NCBI GenBank assembly: GCA_000091205.1
Contig: AP006493.2
Strand: one strand, 5' to 3'
From: Cyanidioschyzon merolae
Lineage: Eukaryota
Length of the DNA stretch: 64,000 nt
Shown here: positions 11,128 to 21,770 of the stretch, piece by piece
Layout of the letters: every line of letters starts with the position of its first letter
How positions within the stretch are numbered: position 1 is the stretch's first letter
Made by a program: the position numbers and the translations under genes
The notes under the pieces: generated by a model
What the model was told of the DNA's origin: nothing
Database searches by the model: none
Seen by the model: the letters and a program-made list of their open reading frames with translations, nothing else

Positions 11128-11690
11128 GGAACATCGAATAGTCGAATAACACTATCGTTAAGCAGTTGCCATGGGAAAACGATCACAGTCTCGATATACG
11201 GCGCTCTAGCCCTTTGAGATTGCCATCTCTTTCCACATCAGTGATTTGCATCGGGCGAACATCGTATCGTTTGGCTCCTGATGACTGGTTTCTCAATCGA
11301 AAGTCTTCTGCCGTTCAGCCAATGCCTACGCTGTGCGCTAAACGATTACCATGAGCGTTCGTTCGACACAAATCCACTGGACGCCGCAGAGGCACCAGAT
11401 ATCTTGGACTGTTTCACAAGTCGTTCAAGACTCGGTGCAGCGCGTCTGCGCGCGCACCGTTGCAGAGTGAATCACAGACGTGCAAGGCTTCAGCCATCGG
11501 TAGCCTCGCCATGTGACGTTCGACCAAATTGCAGCGTACCATCTCGTGCAGTCGGCTCGGTTTCAAGCTCTTCTTCTCGGCCTGTTGCAGTGTGCATCCG
11601 GTGCCATGATGTGTGGGTGTCGACCCGAACGCATCGATGAGAATCGTGTAGAATCGATTTCTGCACTATGTATATTGCTCTCATCGAATG
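11128..11690 (+). repeat. IR-R: right copy of the ~560-bp inverted repeat (partner 2336-2896)
   Basis: See IR-L. It begins 52 bp after the XRN stop codon. Confidence 0.9.
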
Positions 11691-11989
11691 AGCTGGGTCG
11701 CAGCCTTTTCGCGTTGCAGCACGTCCAGCGTCGTCGGCTACCGCCACACGACGCGACGTTTCGAGCATTTTCTTCTAAAATTGTTGTAGTTGGCAAAGGC
11801 ACGCCTCTTGCCTCAGTGCAACAGAAACCGTTGGCGTCCCAGCACAGATGCATGTTCTCCTGCAGAAGATCATCGGCTTGAGCTATTTGGACCCTCGTGT
11901 ACTCCCTGAATGAAGCCTGGAAAGCATTCTCCTCTGATCAATACGATGCCTAGATCATCGAGCTAGGTCCTGGGGCCGTCATTCCTCTT

Positions 11990-12260
11990 ATTGGTGTGCC
12001 TCGTGGCGTCCCTAATGAAGGACACTCGATGATCCAGAGCTCTCGACAAGCTCTGCATCTTCATCTGCGTTCTGTTCAGGTCTTTGGCACCATCCGCTTA
12101 TTGCATACGTACGGGAATGGATGTGATGCCCTCCAAATGAGGAATAATGCCCACCACCATGTTTTTTTTCTCCTCATCTATGTTGACGGGTGGGAAACGA
12201 GTATCGTTAGTCGGGACGAGCACAGGTATCAAAAAGTGCATGACGATTGATACACTCTCG
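11990..12260 (+). mobile_element. Possible degenerate Ty1/copia-type reverse-transcriptase remnant
   Basis: Translation 'TYGNGCDALQMRNNAHHHVFFLLIYVDGWET' resembles the copia RT block '...GF..sesDpClY......iyllLYVDDmli' with YVDD degenerated to YVDG. There are no intact flanking domains and the surrounding frames are broken. Confidence 0.2.
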
Positions 12261-14739
12261 ATCTCCATCGTCCCGTTCTACTGGATTCCTTTTCCTCTCT
12301 GTGCAAGAGAAGCCTTGAATGAACTCCGCCAATGCTCTCTGCAAAATTGTTCGAATGCATCATCGATTCTTCCAGAGACCAGCCGAATTTCTCACGGAAG
12401 AGGCTATACACCACAGCATTATCTTCGGCGATATATTTGGACTTGATGTCGTGTATAAGGATCACTTCGCATATACGCTCGTGTTCGGCGAGTCTACTTT
12501 GCTCCGGAGCGCTCCGTTCGGGAACATGTCCTAGTGCAAGATCCCAGGAAGATAGCCCTCAAGTGTCTATCGTTGTTTAGGCACGACAGCTTCTGTTCGC
12601 GGCTGAAAGCAATACGACGATTGTGGACGATCTGAAGCGACTCTCGCCTTTGTTGTGAAATCTCATCAGGACGCACGAGTACTTCGAGCTCTGCAACCGT
12701 AGACAGCTCGGTGTTCACCCCCGATGACAACCCCAAGAATCACTTCCTTCAATCCGCATTTTTCTGGGCTAGTGCGGTCAGCATATAACGCCCACAGCGC
12801 TCACTTCATCGAGCTCATGGTATTGGCCAAAGTATGCTTTTGGGTTTCGAGGTTGTCCAGGTACTTTTTTGGACCTGCGCAGTACAAATTCCCCTTGCCG
12901 AGGTGGCACAAGGTCGTACCAAGGTATTCCGGGTAGCGCGTGTGGAATCCAACTTGATCCTAGGATCAGGTTGATTTGCAATTTCTGTGTCGAGCGTCAT
13001 TTGGTTTTTGCTCACAGGTTTGATAGAAAACTTTCTGAGCAACGTGGACAGCTGGCAGCCCCGCTTCTTGAACTCGGGCGGATAGTTGGTTGACGAGGCG
13101 CGTCAAGGAGATGGACCCTACTGAAGACTTCCTCGGTCAAGATGCTACATTGGCCCTAATGGCGTCCTGCATGTCACTTTTCGGAAGCGTCAGCGAGATA
13201 ATGTGTTTTAGTAGCAAGGCCTCGAAAATGGTTTGGGACCGATGTTTCCGATCCGATATCATTTCTCGTCGGTCGTGAGTCGAGCATTTTTCTCGAGGAT
13301 CTTTCTTTTTTTTGTATTTCGGTTTCCTTTCCTTCCCCTTTTCCTGGCAGAGTGGTATACAAGTGTCCCCATGCTTCATATCCGCTCCGTTGCTCGGGAC
13401 TCAGGCCGACTGCGCGAACGATGGCATCGAAGCTCGCCCTCATTACATATGCGAACTATTCCTCGAGTTCGCGTCCATCATCCTGTCTTTCGCGAGCGTA
13501 TGCACTGACCAAAGCGCGCTTTTCAGTTTCTGCAAGTGCTCGATCACAGGAGCAACAGAGCAGCTCAGCACTGGTGAATACAGGGTTTGACTTGTCAGTG
13601 AACAGATTGTTGATGAGCGGTGACATGGATGCGAACGACCTGTCAATCGGTCCGTGATCGTAAAATTGTTATTCAACTACGGAGAAGACGCCTTCGACTG
13701 GATTGCACCGCGAGCCATATGCAGACACAACCAGGAAAAAACGCCAAAACTCAGATGCATACTTCTTAACCGCTCTTGAGCGATAGAAAGCGACACTGCC
13801 GAGGAATAAGCCTAATGGATGTGGGAAGCGGAAGCGATAAAGTGCTTATACGAAAAACCTGGTCTTGCTCGATGCTATGCGTTTGCTGACTCAGAGACGA
13901 CCACACAATCGCATCGTCGGTGGAGATGGTGTTTTCATCACGCTCGCTTGTTTCTTCAATACGAACAGCGATTCGCGCCTCTTTGAGTCCAAAGTACATT
14001 GGCCTACCCATTCTCCCCATTAATGTCATATCGAATGAGATGCACATCCGTACCTCCTCCTGTAAGCGTTCGCGTTTCAGTCCGAACTTGCTAGTTTGTT
14101 GTTCAGTGCGCGACGCTCTCGAATTCACGTGTGCTTTTTCCTCGCTCATCCGTCTCTCTTCTTCATCGTTCGTAGGCAAGGCAAGGGAAACCCATATCCT
14201 TCTGTGTCTGTTGCGGTATTTCATGGAGATCGCACGGCATGTATTTAGGTGAATACGAGACAGGCGCTCTGGCAGCGTTTCATAAGTTCAGCTTTGTACG
14301 GATCACGTGACGGACAGCGAGTGTGAGAAGGGAGGCGCATCCACCTGTTGACCGCAGCATGCCCGTTTCTTACAAGCAGACTGTTTTTTTGCAGGCTAGC
14401 ATTCACAGTATAAAGTCGTCCTGCTACCATTTTCCAATCTAAAGGGCAAAATCGTTTTATTCGATTACTTTGAGAAAACCAAAATAGGCACCAAAAAGGT
14501 GTGCCGCTACAAACACTGCGACATTTACTGTTCCAAGTTCGACCTTCGGAAGAAATATGCAAGCACCTGAGCATCTACCATGTCCACGTGCGGCGTTGCA
14601 TCTACATCCGTTCCAGATTAAATGCAACACCGGACAGCTCGTCCAGCCCCTGGCTTTAGATCGTTTGCCGAACCATTGACGTGCGGAATCGATATCCGAA
14701 GAGCAGCAAGAAGGGCTCACGGGATGACGAGTAGTTTCA

Positions 14740-15885
14740 GCATTCTCGGCCGTTTTCTCTGAATGGCTTCTTCGAATCTATGCAATTTGGGTTCTCTTCA
14801 TCATTTTCAGCAAGATAATTCGCGACGCCGTCGAATACTGGTTCGTAAAAAACCCGAAATCCTTATGAGATTGATACGGATAACGCTCCACCCTTCAATG
14901 TTACCATCTCTCGGTATCGAGGGAAATCGTGGGTGCACCACTTCAAGGCGCTGGATTGACGACTAAAAACACGATGTCATTGCATGACGACAGCTACACA
15001 GGCTCATGCCGGAAGTTCCCTTAATTTCGCATTTCAACGATTCGATTCCATTTGAAACGCAAAGCATGTTCTATTCGTAGTCATCGACGAAATGGCTTTC
15101 CACGTCAGCTTGACATCTCCCAGGAGATACTCTCCCAGCGGCTTTCTTATCTTCCGCCTGCATGGGAGCGGTCACGGAGTAAACGTTGAGTCATCGCGGC
15201 GATCGTCTCCCGTGACCGGTGCTTCTCTATTTTGGACGAAAGGAACCTGTTCGGATCGAAATTTCTCGACGGGATCTCTAGCCTGGACTTTTCGTCTGGC
15301 ACTTGTTTCATCACCGACAGCCTCGAGCTCCAAGAACCATCAATAAAATGGAACAACGTGGGTTCGCGGTGCGGCAGGCAGAGCACTCGCCGATAGGGTC
15401 ATGCAGAAGAGGCCCGTGATCCTAGGATACGGCGCCAGGGGCGCAAGCGCAGGCGGAGGAGGATGCAGGGTATCGTGGGTAGCCTTCAGTACCCGTCAAG
15501 CGCGTTAATCGAAAACGATAAGCAAGGGTTCATGCGCAGCGAAGCAGCCCCAGAAGCAGAAAATGTGGCAGACGCGTAGCGCCATCGGACTGTAGGCAAG
15601 TGCCGACGCTGCGATGGGCCCGCGGAGGATTTGAACAACGAAGATGAGCATCATAACTGAAGCATCAACCGCAATGATTGCTTCTGCATGAGGTGCGTCG
15701 AAAAATGCCAGAGACATCGGAATCAAAACTCTGATGCTGCGATCAGCATCGTGTGACTGCTGACGACAGATCTCGAGGCAAAGGAGAGACCGGTGAATTT
15801 GAACCCGGTGATGCTAGTCAGGAAAAGAAAGCAGTGGACGAAATAGCCTAGAAAGGCATGTTTTGATGACAACCGGAACAGAAGC
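14740..15885 (-). repeat. R1-A: full-length copy (~1.15 kb) of the non-coding dispersed repeat family R1
   Basis: Collinear nucleotide similarity (~70-75% by eye) to 36110-37250, 49335-50520 and 61027-62050. Shared blocks include 'gtgactgctgac...gagagaccg', 'gaaatttcgatc', 'cgcgatgactcaa' and a 'ggcatgag' tail. Confidence 0.7.
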
Positions 15886-16468
15886 ATACACTAGCGTTTA
15901 CCGCAGAGTCAAACAACTGGACTCCGTTCGATTTTGTGCACAGATGCGTATCAGGCGCTGAGCAGTGGCGGCAGTCAGCGCAACAGCCCCCTTAGACAGT
16001 ACATCAGCTCCCATTCACTTGATTCGCCTCGCATCCGTTCCCGTAATATTGCTCCAAGCCGAACCAAGACGCATATGTCTATACTGCGGGAGCATCCTCT
16101 TGTATAAATACAGGACACCTGTTGCACAGACTCATTTGCTTATCGGTGAATATATTTTTCCCCATGCAGTATCCGTTCCCTGATGCCCATCTTCGTGCCG
16201 TTGGGACCTCAAACTAGGCAAAATGCGAGATACCCGAGTTCGTAGGAGAGACCAGCCACTCGCAAAAATCTATTGTTTGTCCATTGTAGCGTCCGTGTGC
16301 CAGGCCTCGTCTTCATGTTTTCGAAAGCATACGCATGCGAGACGCAAGCTTTGCGTTCCGAAGGAGTTTACGATCTAACACCTGCGGTTGCGCTCAGCAC
16401 AGACTTCGCAGGCCACCTGCTGTCGGTGCTTCGGGCGGATGCATCCGACTCATCCTCGAGCCGACGCC

Positions 16469-16718
16469 TTTTGTGGTACGGTAACGCCGTTCTGTCTCGG
16501 TGCAGCGACAGCACCGGCGCTGTAGGCGCTATTGCTGCCGCTTTCGGCAGGCTCGGCACACGATAGGACGTACGAAACGACCAGAATATCCGAGATGAAG
16601 TATAGGTAATATAACATGGGAGTAGGGGGTTGATGGATACCTCACCTCGCACTGAAAAAAATAACACAAAAAAGTAAGAAAAGAAAAATGCGCATAATCG
16701 GAGAACGCTGGCCTATGG
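16469..16718 (+). promoter_or_regulatory. Conserved upstream element, copy 1, ending ~14 bp before the lipid-kinase ATG
   Basis: Aligns with the reverse complement of 21550-21770. Blocks 'cgacagcaccggcgct', 'acgtacgaaacgaccag.atatccgaga', 'gggtaat..aac.tgg' and 'aatcgg.gaacgctggc.t.tg' are conserved in order. Confidence 0.45.
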
Positions 16719-16731
16719 AAACGTTTTGCCA

Positions 16732-18771
16732 ATGGAAAAAAATCCGACTCGTATGCAATCGCGAACGTCGCGAAAGCAGCTCCTAGAAGGATTCTTTCTG
16801 TGGCAGCAGCGGAGCTTGGTGGACGGCAGGTGTTCGCGGTGTCGCATGGCTGCAACTGCGGTGGCGTGTGTGAACCCCAAGTCTGGTGGACTGAGGGGAG
16901 CGAAAGTTCTGGAGGTGCTGCGTAAGATTCTGGGAGCGGAAAAGTGCCTGAACGTGCTGCAGGTCCCAAGCGCTGCCGAGTGGCTGGTTGAGAACTTTGG
17001 AGCAGAGGAAAACCTCCGCATTCTTATTTGCGGTGGCGACGGAACTATTAGTCGCGTTGTCGATAGTTATGTACAGGTGGTGAGTCGACTCAGCGCTTCA
17101 GGCGATTCAGCCAGTTCCGATCGTCAGCTGGACGTTCTTCGCAAATGGGCGTTTGCCCCGATTCCCATCGGTACTGGTAACGATCTAGCGCGCACGCTGG
17201 GCTGGGGCTCGAATCTCGTGGGTGTAAGCGGGCCTTTTTTCGAGGGCGTGGTCAGGTATGCAGTAGAGAGTGTACCGGTTCCGCTGGATACCTGGCAGGT
17301 GACGCGAAAGCGACTGAGGAGGCAGCAAGGCTCGCGCAGCAGCTCGCTGTTAGCCCACTTCTCCTCCGGTGAGGCTTCTGCGAACAGAGACCGCAGTGTT
17401 CGCTTCGCAAGCGCTGAATCTGGGGCTTGTGCGCCAGGTCAAGGTTCGGATTCGGAGTCCGATGAAGAGGAAGAGTCTACGTATGCGAGACGTTTCACGA
17501 TGCTGAGCTATTTGTCCCTCGGATGCGATGCGGATGTGGAATTGCTTTTCAACTCTCGACGAGAAGCAAATCCGAGACGATATCGGAGCCAGACGCTTAA
17601 CTACATTTCACATGCTCTCTTTGGGATCGAACGAACGATGCTGAGTCGGGCGCGACCTCTTTACAAGGAGCGCATCACGCTCTATGTTGATGGGCAACGC
17701 ATCAAGATTCCACGCGCCGCGCAGTCCCTTTTATTCGCAAACATTCCTTCCTATGGTGCTGGGGCGGATCCAGGTGGAGTGGCCCGCCGTCAGCGTCGGG
17801 CCCTAGCTCGGAAACAGCAACAGGTACTCCAACTTTGTCGCTGCTTTCATCGTCGGTCCTCAGGGGATCATACGGTTTCCCAGTCGGAAGCACATCCTCC
17901 CGGGGGGAGCGCGGTAGATAAGCATGCGGCTACAATCGACGCACGCACGGAGGGAGCGCATCATAGCCCCGATCCTGTCGAAAGGGAATCATCTCAGGCT
18001 GCACGTCAGGACGCTGTGGGCCCGCACGACTCTGTCAGCAGCGCAGTCCTGCCGTGCGTGGACGACGGCAGGTTGGATATCATGACCATGAAGAGTCTTG
18101 TTCATTTTGTATGGATTAAAATGGGTCGCGAGGCTCAGCGTCTGCGGAACGGTAGGAAAATTCGCATTGAGCTTGAGGAGAGTCGCTCTTCGTTGGTCCG
18201 CGCGGCCTCGTCGCTTGTCGCCAAACATATCGCAGTGCAATGTGACGGTGAGGCATGGAACCAAGCACGTAATGAATGCATCGAAATTGAGCCTTTCTCG
18301 TTTCAGGTAGGCTTCCTGCTTGGCCCACTCTACGCTGGGGCAATCTTTAAGGCAGACTCGCGCATGCGCTTGGTCCGCGGTCTCGTTGCTCCCTACCTGA
18401 AGCCAACCAGTGCACCCAGCGCAGTTTTCAGTCAACCAGATTCCATCAGATATATAGAGCAGGGCCTCTCCAAGGCGAGTGAGGCGTTCTTGGCTGGTGT
18501 TGGAGAACGTGCCAGGATCGCTCGCAGCGCCCCAGATGTGCCGCCGAGATCTTCCGTCAGCCGCACTGTGGCATCTGAGCGTTCCATCAGTGTCGAGCGT
18601 AGCGGGCATGCTAGCAACCGCCAACCCGAGACGCATCCCGAAGAAAATGACGAGTCCGGGGCGCCCAAGCAACGAGAGAGGTTCTCACGATCTCGGTGGT
18701 TGTCGCACGCGCTGGGCAGCTGTTTCGGTGGCAAGCGCCAGCCTGCTGGTGAACCTGTCGGGGCGAAATAA
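16732..18771 (+). CDS. Diacylglycerol-kinase-like lipid kinase (DAGK catalytic plus accessory domains; long low-complexity C-terminus)
   Basis: 'LRILICGGDGTISRVV', 'IPIGTGNDLARTLGWG', 'DTWQVT', '...LFANIPSYGAGADP'. The track start at 16726 is TTG; the first ATG is at 16732. Confidence 0.7.
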   Translation: MEKNPTRMQSRTSRKQLLEGFFLWQQRSLVDGRCSRCRMAATAVACVNPKSGGLRGAKVLEVLRKILGAEKCLNVLQVPSAAEWLVENFGAEENLRILICGGDGTISRVVDSYVQVVSRLSASGDSASSDRQLDVLRKWAFAPIPIGTGNDLARTLGWGSNLVGVSGPFFEGVVRYAVESVPVPLDTWQVTRKRLRRQQGSRSSSLLAHFSSGEASANRDRSVRFASAESGACAPGQGSDSESDEEEESTYARRFTMLSYLSLGCDADVELLFNSRREANPRRYRSQTLNYISHALFGIERTMLSRARPLYKERITLYVDGQRIKIPRAAQSLLFANIPSYGAGADPGGVARRQRRALARKQQQVLQLCRCFHRRSSGDHTVSQSEAHPPGGSAVDKHAATIDARTEGAHHSPDPVERESSQAARQDAVGPHDSVSSAVLPCVDDGRLDIMTMKSLVHFVWIKMGREAQRLRNGRKIRIELEESRSSLVRAASSLVAKHIAVQCDGEAWNQARNECIEIEPFSFQVGFLLGPLYAGAIFKADSRMRLVRGLVAPYLKPTSAPSAVFSQPDSIRYIEQGLSKASEAFLAGVGERARIARSAPDVPPRSSVSRTVASERSISVERSGHASNRQPETHPEENDESGAPKQRERFSRSRWLSHALGSCFGGKRQPAGEPVGAK

Positions 18772-19163
18772 AGGGCCCTGCTTGCGACGCTAACATCGCA
18801 TGCTTTATCCATTTTTACTGGGGCAGTGGAGGAAACCCAATTCCGTATTCACACCTGCAAGGCTGAGACAAGGGGCTCGGCAAGCGACGCAAGCAGTGCC
18901 CGCGTCATCCATTTTTATTGAAGCGGCGGAGGAAACTTGATCCTCTGTCAGCGCGTTAGCGGCAAGATGCCCAAACGCCTCGTGCACAGAGATAGCGAAG
19001 TAGCGATGGACCGTGGCGGCTCAGCAGGATCCATTGATTCGGATGCATCATCAGCGCGCTGCGTTAGGCGAATGTTCAGCAAGATAACGCAGTTGGAAGA
19101 CATCATTGCCGCAATCGGGGCCGTGGAGCTGCCCACACAATGGTGGACGTTTTCGTATGACCA

Positions 19164-21434
19164 TCACGGTCTGGTGGGTGCTTGTTCTTGCCCTGGGGAC
19201 TTCAATGGGCTCGCATCAGGCGCTACACCTGCCGCTGGGCTTGTATAGTGGGTGCCGTGCTCCGCTCGTACGCTGTGCGTGTGACGGGACCCCATGATGG
19301 GCTCAGCACTCGCGACGCCGGGCGGTACACCCATGAAATCCGTCGGAGAAGTGAACGGCTGTGGGTATGGAGGCATCAGCAAGTGCGGCAGCGGTGGATA
19401 GGCCGGAATCGGCTGCATGGGCATTGCTGAGTAGCCAGCGGGTCCCATGAGGGGCTGCGGCGCATACGGCAAAAAGTACGCAGACGGATACGGTTGCGCT
19501 GCTGGGTGTGCCGCGCCCATCCCCGGACCATAAAAGTAACCGCCACCGCCCTGGATCAGAAAAACCTGCTCCCGTTGCGCGATAGACATGCCCCGGTAGC
19601 GTGACCGGCCGCCTCGGCCTCGGTGAGGATTTCCAGACGAAACGTTCTGAAAGCGCTGCTGCTCCTGAGGAGCCGGTTCAATCAGCGCTTGCGATGGCAC
19701 GAATTCTTCGGCATTCACGTTGAGGTGGAAATCCTTCGCGTTCGGATCCATTGCCTTACCGCTAGTGGCGCTGCCGCCACTGAACTCACTCTTCGCTTGT
19801 TCTTTCGGCGACTGGATTAGGCTGCGCTCTCGTTCGTCACTGGTCGCTTCCACGGCGAGACTGCTCTCGGAGCCGGCCAACGACAATTTGCTGCCTGCAC
19901 GGATCATGGAACGCAAGTTACCGGAACTTGTCTTTCGCTCAATATCGGCACTAAAGCGGCGAAAATATTCCGTTTCGCGCTCCCTGCTGCGCTCGCTTTC
20001 GTAGCCCTGTTGCTGTTGCTGCTGCGCTTTGAACTCATTCAGCTTCTGAATCACTTCATCAGGCACATGCGGAACACTTAGCTCCAGGTTCAGACCAACG
20101 ACCTCGCGGCCGACTGTGACACTCGCGGGGATGGGGCCTGCGCTAGGCGCTGTAGGGGTTGTTGCCAGGGCCGGTGACGCTCGATCGCTCCCGTTCCCCA
20201 TCGCGGGCGATGTGGAGCCGCTCCGCGCAACCACCACACCAGTCATCCGCGCATCCTCTAACCTTTGTCGACTCGACAGACGTTGGAGGACTCGTTTGTG
20301 CTCGACATCATATTGGTCGAGCAAGTATTCTGACGAGCTGTTTCGCGACAATGAAGCTGATGAACGGTTTCGTCGCAGCGCATATAAGTATTCAGTGGAC
20401 GCAGCTATCGAGATACCAGCAGCGGTAGCTTTTGAGGCTGCGGGTCGCATTGGAGCATCCGTTGCAGAGCTGCTTGTGTCCTCGGATGCAGGTATCCCCG
20501 TTGGTCGTGGCCCGATCTCTTCGCTGGTGCGAGGCTCGTTTGATTCTCCGGGATGCTCCGCGGTGCGCACAACAGCCCCATATCGAAGTTCCTCGTCATC
20601 GCAGCCGCTTTCATCTGCCAATTGAATGAACTGGCCACGTTCCTCGGCCACATGGGGATTATCCGCTGCTTTCGATTCGATTTCAGCTGCCAGTCTCGCG
20701 GCGCGGGCGATATCTGCTTCGGAAAAGCGGTTCGGATCTAATTTCGTGGTATAATGCTCCTCTGTGTACGTGGTTTTCACTCCGAACTTGCGTTCGTTCT
20801 CCACAAACTGGTCCCACTTTGTTCGCTGATACCGGTCGAGAGCGTCAAAGGCGAGCTCGCGATGCGGTGCGTTCCGGTGAGCGCCCTCCGCTTTTCGTTT
20901 AGTTGCAGATGCGTCCGGGGCTGCTTGATCGTCCGCCCATGCAACGAGTTCTCGCTCAGAGGGACTCTCTCGTTCAGCACCGTGACTGATCTCTCGGTCC
21001 GTGACAACCGACCCCGACCTCGTGCCTGTCTCAACAGACGGTCGAGGAGCCGCCTCTGCATTATCGCCGGAGGCTAGCGGCACTCCTTTTGCGTAGAGCC
21101 TGACCAGATCAGAGCGACGGAATACCATAAACGGCACCGGAGGCACTGCCGGTTTCGGTAGCTGCTCGTGCCACGAAAGGCCGTGCATACGTACTCGCTC
21201 TGCAAAACGGAGCACGACGCCCTCTTCGGGCACTGCTGCGTACAAGGTACCCTTGTAGCGACTACCATCACGAAGCGTCACTTCTACCTCGCGGCCAAGA
21301 AGACTGCCGTAGACAAACAGTACGCGCGAGAGGTTACTTTCGTTGTCAGAGTGACCCGGATCGCCGCCGCTTGACGACACTGGCATACCAACTCCGCTCG
21401 TACTTGGTTCCCGCTTGGTCGGCATCAGATCCAT
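19164..21434 (-). CDS. Ataxin-2/Pbp1-like protein (LSm, LsmAD and PAM2 motifs)
   Basis: LSm-like 'VLFVYGSLLGREVEVTLRDGSRYKGTLYAA'. LsmAD 'KWDQFVENERKFGVKTTYTEEHYTTKLD'. PAM2-like 'NAKDFHLNVNAEEFVPS'. The track start at 21476 is TTG; the first ATG is at 21434 (MDLMPTK). Confidence 0.7.
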   Translation of the reverse strand: MDLMPTKREPSTSGVGMPVSSSGGDPGHSDNESNLSRVLFVYGSLLGREVEVTLRDGSRYKGTLYAAVPEEGVVLRFAERVRMHGLSWHEQLPKPAVPPVPFMVFRRSDLVRLYAKGVPLASGDNAEAAPRPSVETGTRSGSVVTDREISHGAERESPSERELVAWADDQAAPDASATKRKAEGAHRNAPHRELAFDALDRYQRTKWDQFVENERKFGVKTTYTEEHYTTKLDPNRFSEADIARAARLAAEIESKAADNPHVAEERGQFIQLADESGCDDEELRYGAVVRTAEHPGESNEPRTSEEIGPRPTGIPASEDTSSSATDAPMRPAASKATAAGISIAASTEYLYALRRNRSSASLSRNSSSEYLLDQYDVEHKRVLQRLSSRQRLEDARMTGVVVARSGSTSPAMGNGSDRASPALATTPTAPSAGPIPASVTVGREVVGLNLELSVPHVPDEVIQKLNEFKAQQQQQQGYESERSRERETEYFRRFSADIERKTSSGNLRSMIRAGSKLSLAGSESSLAVEATSDERERSLIQSPKEQAKSEFSGGSATSGKAMDPNAKDFHLNVNAEEFVPSQALIEPAPQEQQRFQNVSSGNPHRGRGGRSRYRGMSIAQREQVFLIQGGGGYFYGPGMGAAHPAAQPYPSAYFLPYAPQPLMGPAGYSAMPMQPIPAYPPLPHLLMPPYPQPFTSPTDFMGVPPGVASAEPIMGSRHTHSVRAEHGTHYTSPAAGVAPDASPLKSPGQEQAPTRP

Positions 21435-21549
21435 CTTTCTTGTAGCAGCAGCAGCAGCGGCAGCAGCAGACAACAAGCAGACGGCTAACAGCTGAACCCC
21501 GATCTATAACGTTTCGATGAGAATGTTTCTTATTTGACAAAAATCTTTA

Positions 21550-21770
21550 CACAAGCCAGCGTTCCCCGATTGTGTGCTTGGTATCAGCGCGCAGTAAAGC
21601 ATCCGTCGTTCCACCTAATTCCAAGTTCCATTACCCATTTTTTCTCGGATATACTGGTCGTTTCGTACGTTCTATCGTGCGCCTAGTGCATGCTGTGGGC
21701 GTCCGCGGTAGCGCCAAGAGCGCCGGTGCTGTCGTAGCACGGGGACAGGACGGTTTTACCGTCCACAAAG
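21550..21770 (-). promoter_or_regulatory. Conserved upstream element, copy 2, ~115 bp upstream of the ataxin-2-like ATG
   Basis: Reverse complement aligns with 16469-16718 (see copy 1). Both copies have the same orientation relative to their downstream gene. Confidence 0.45.
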
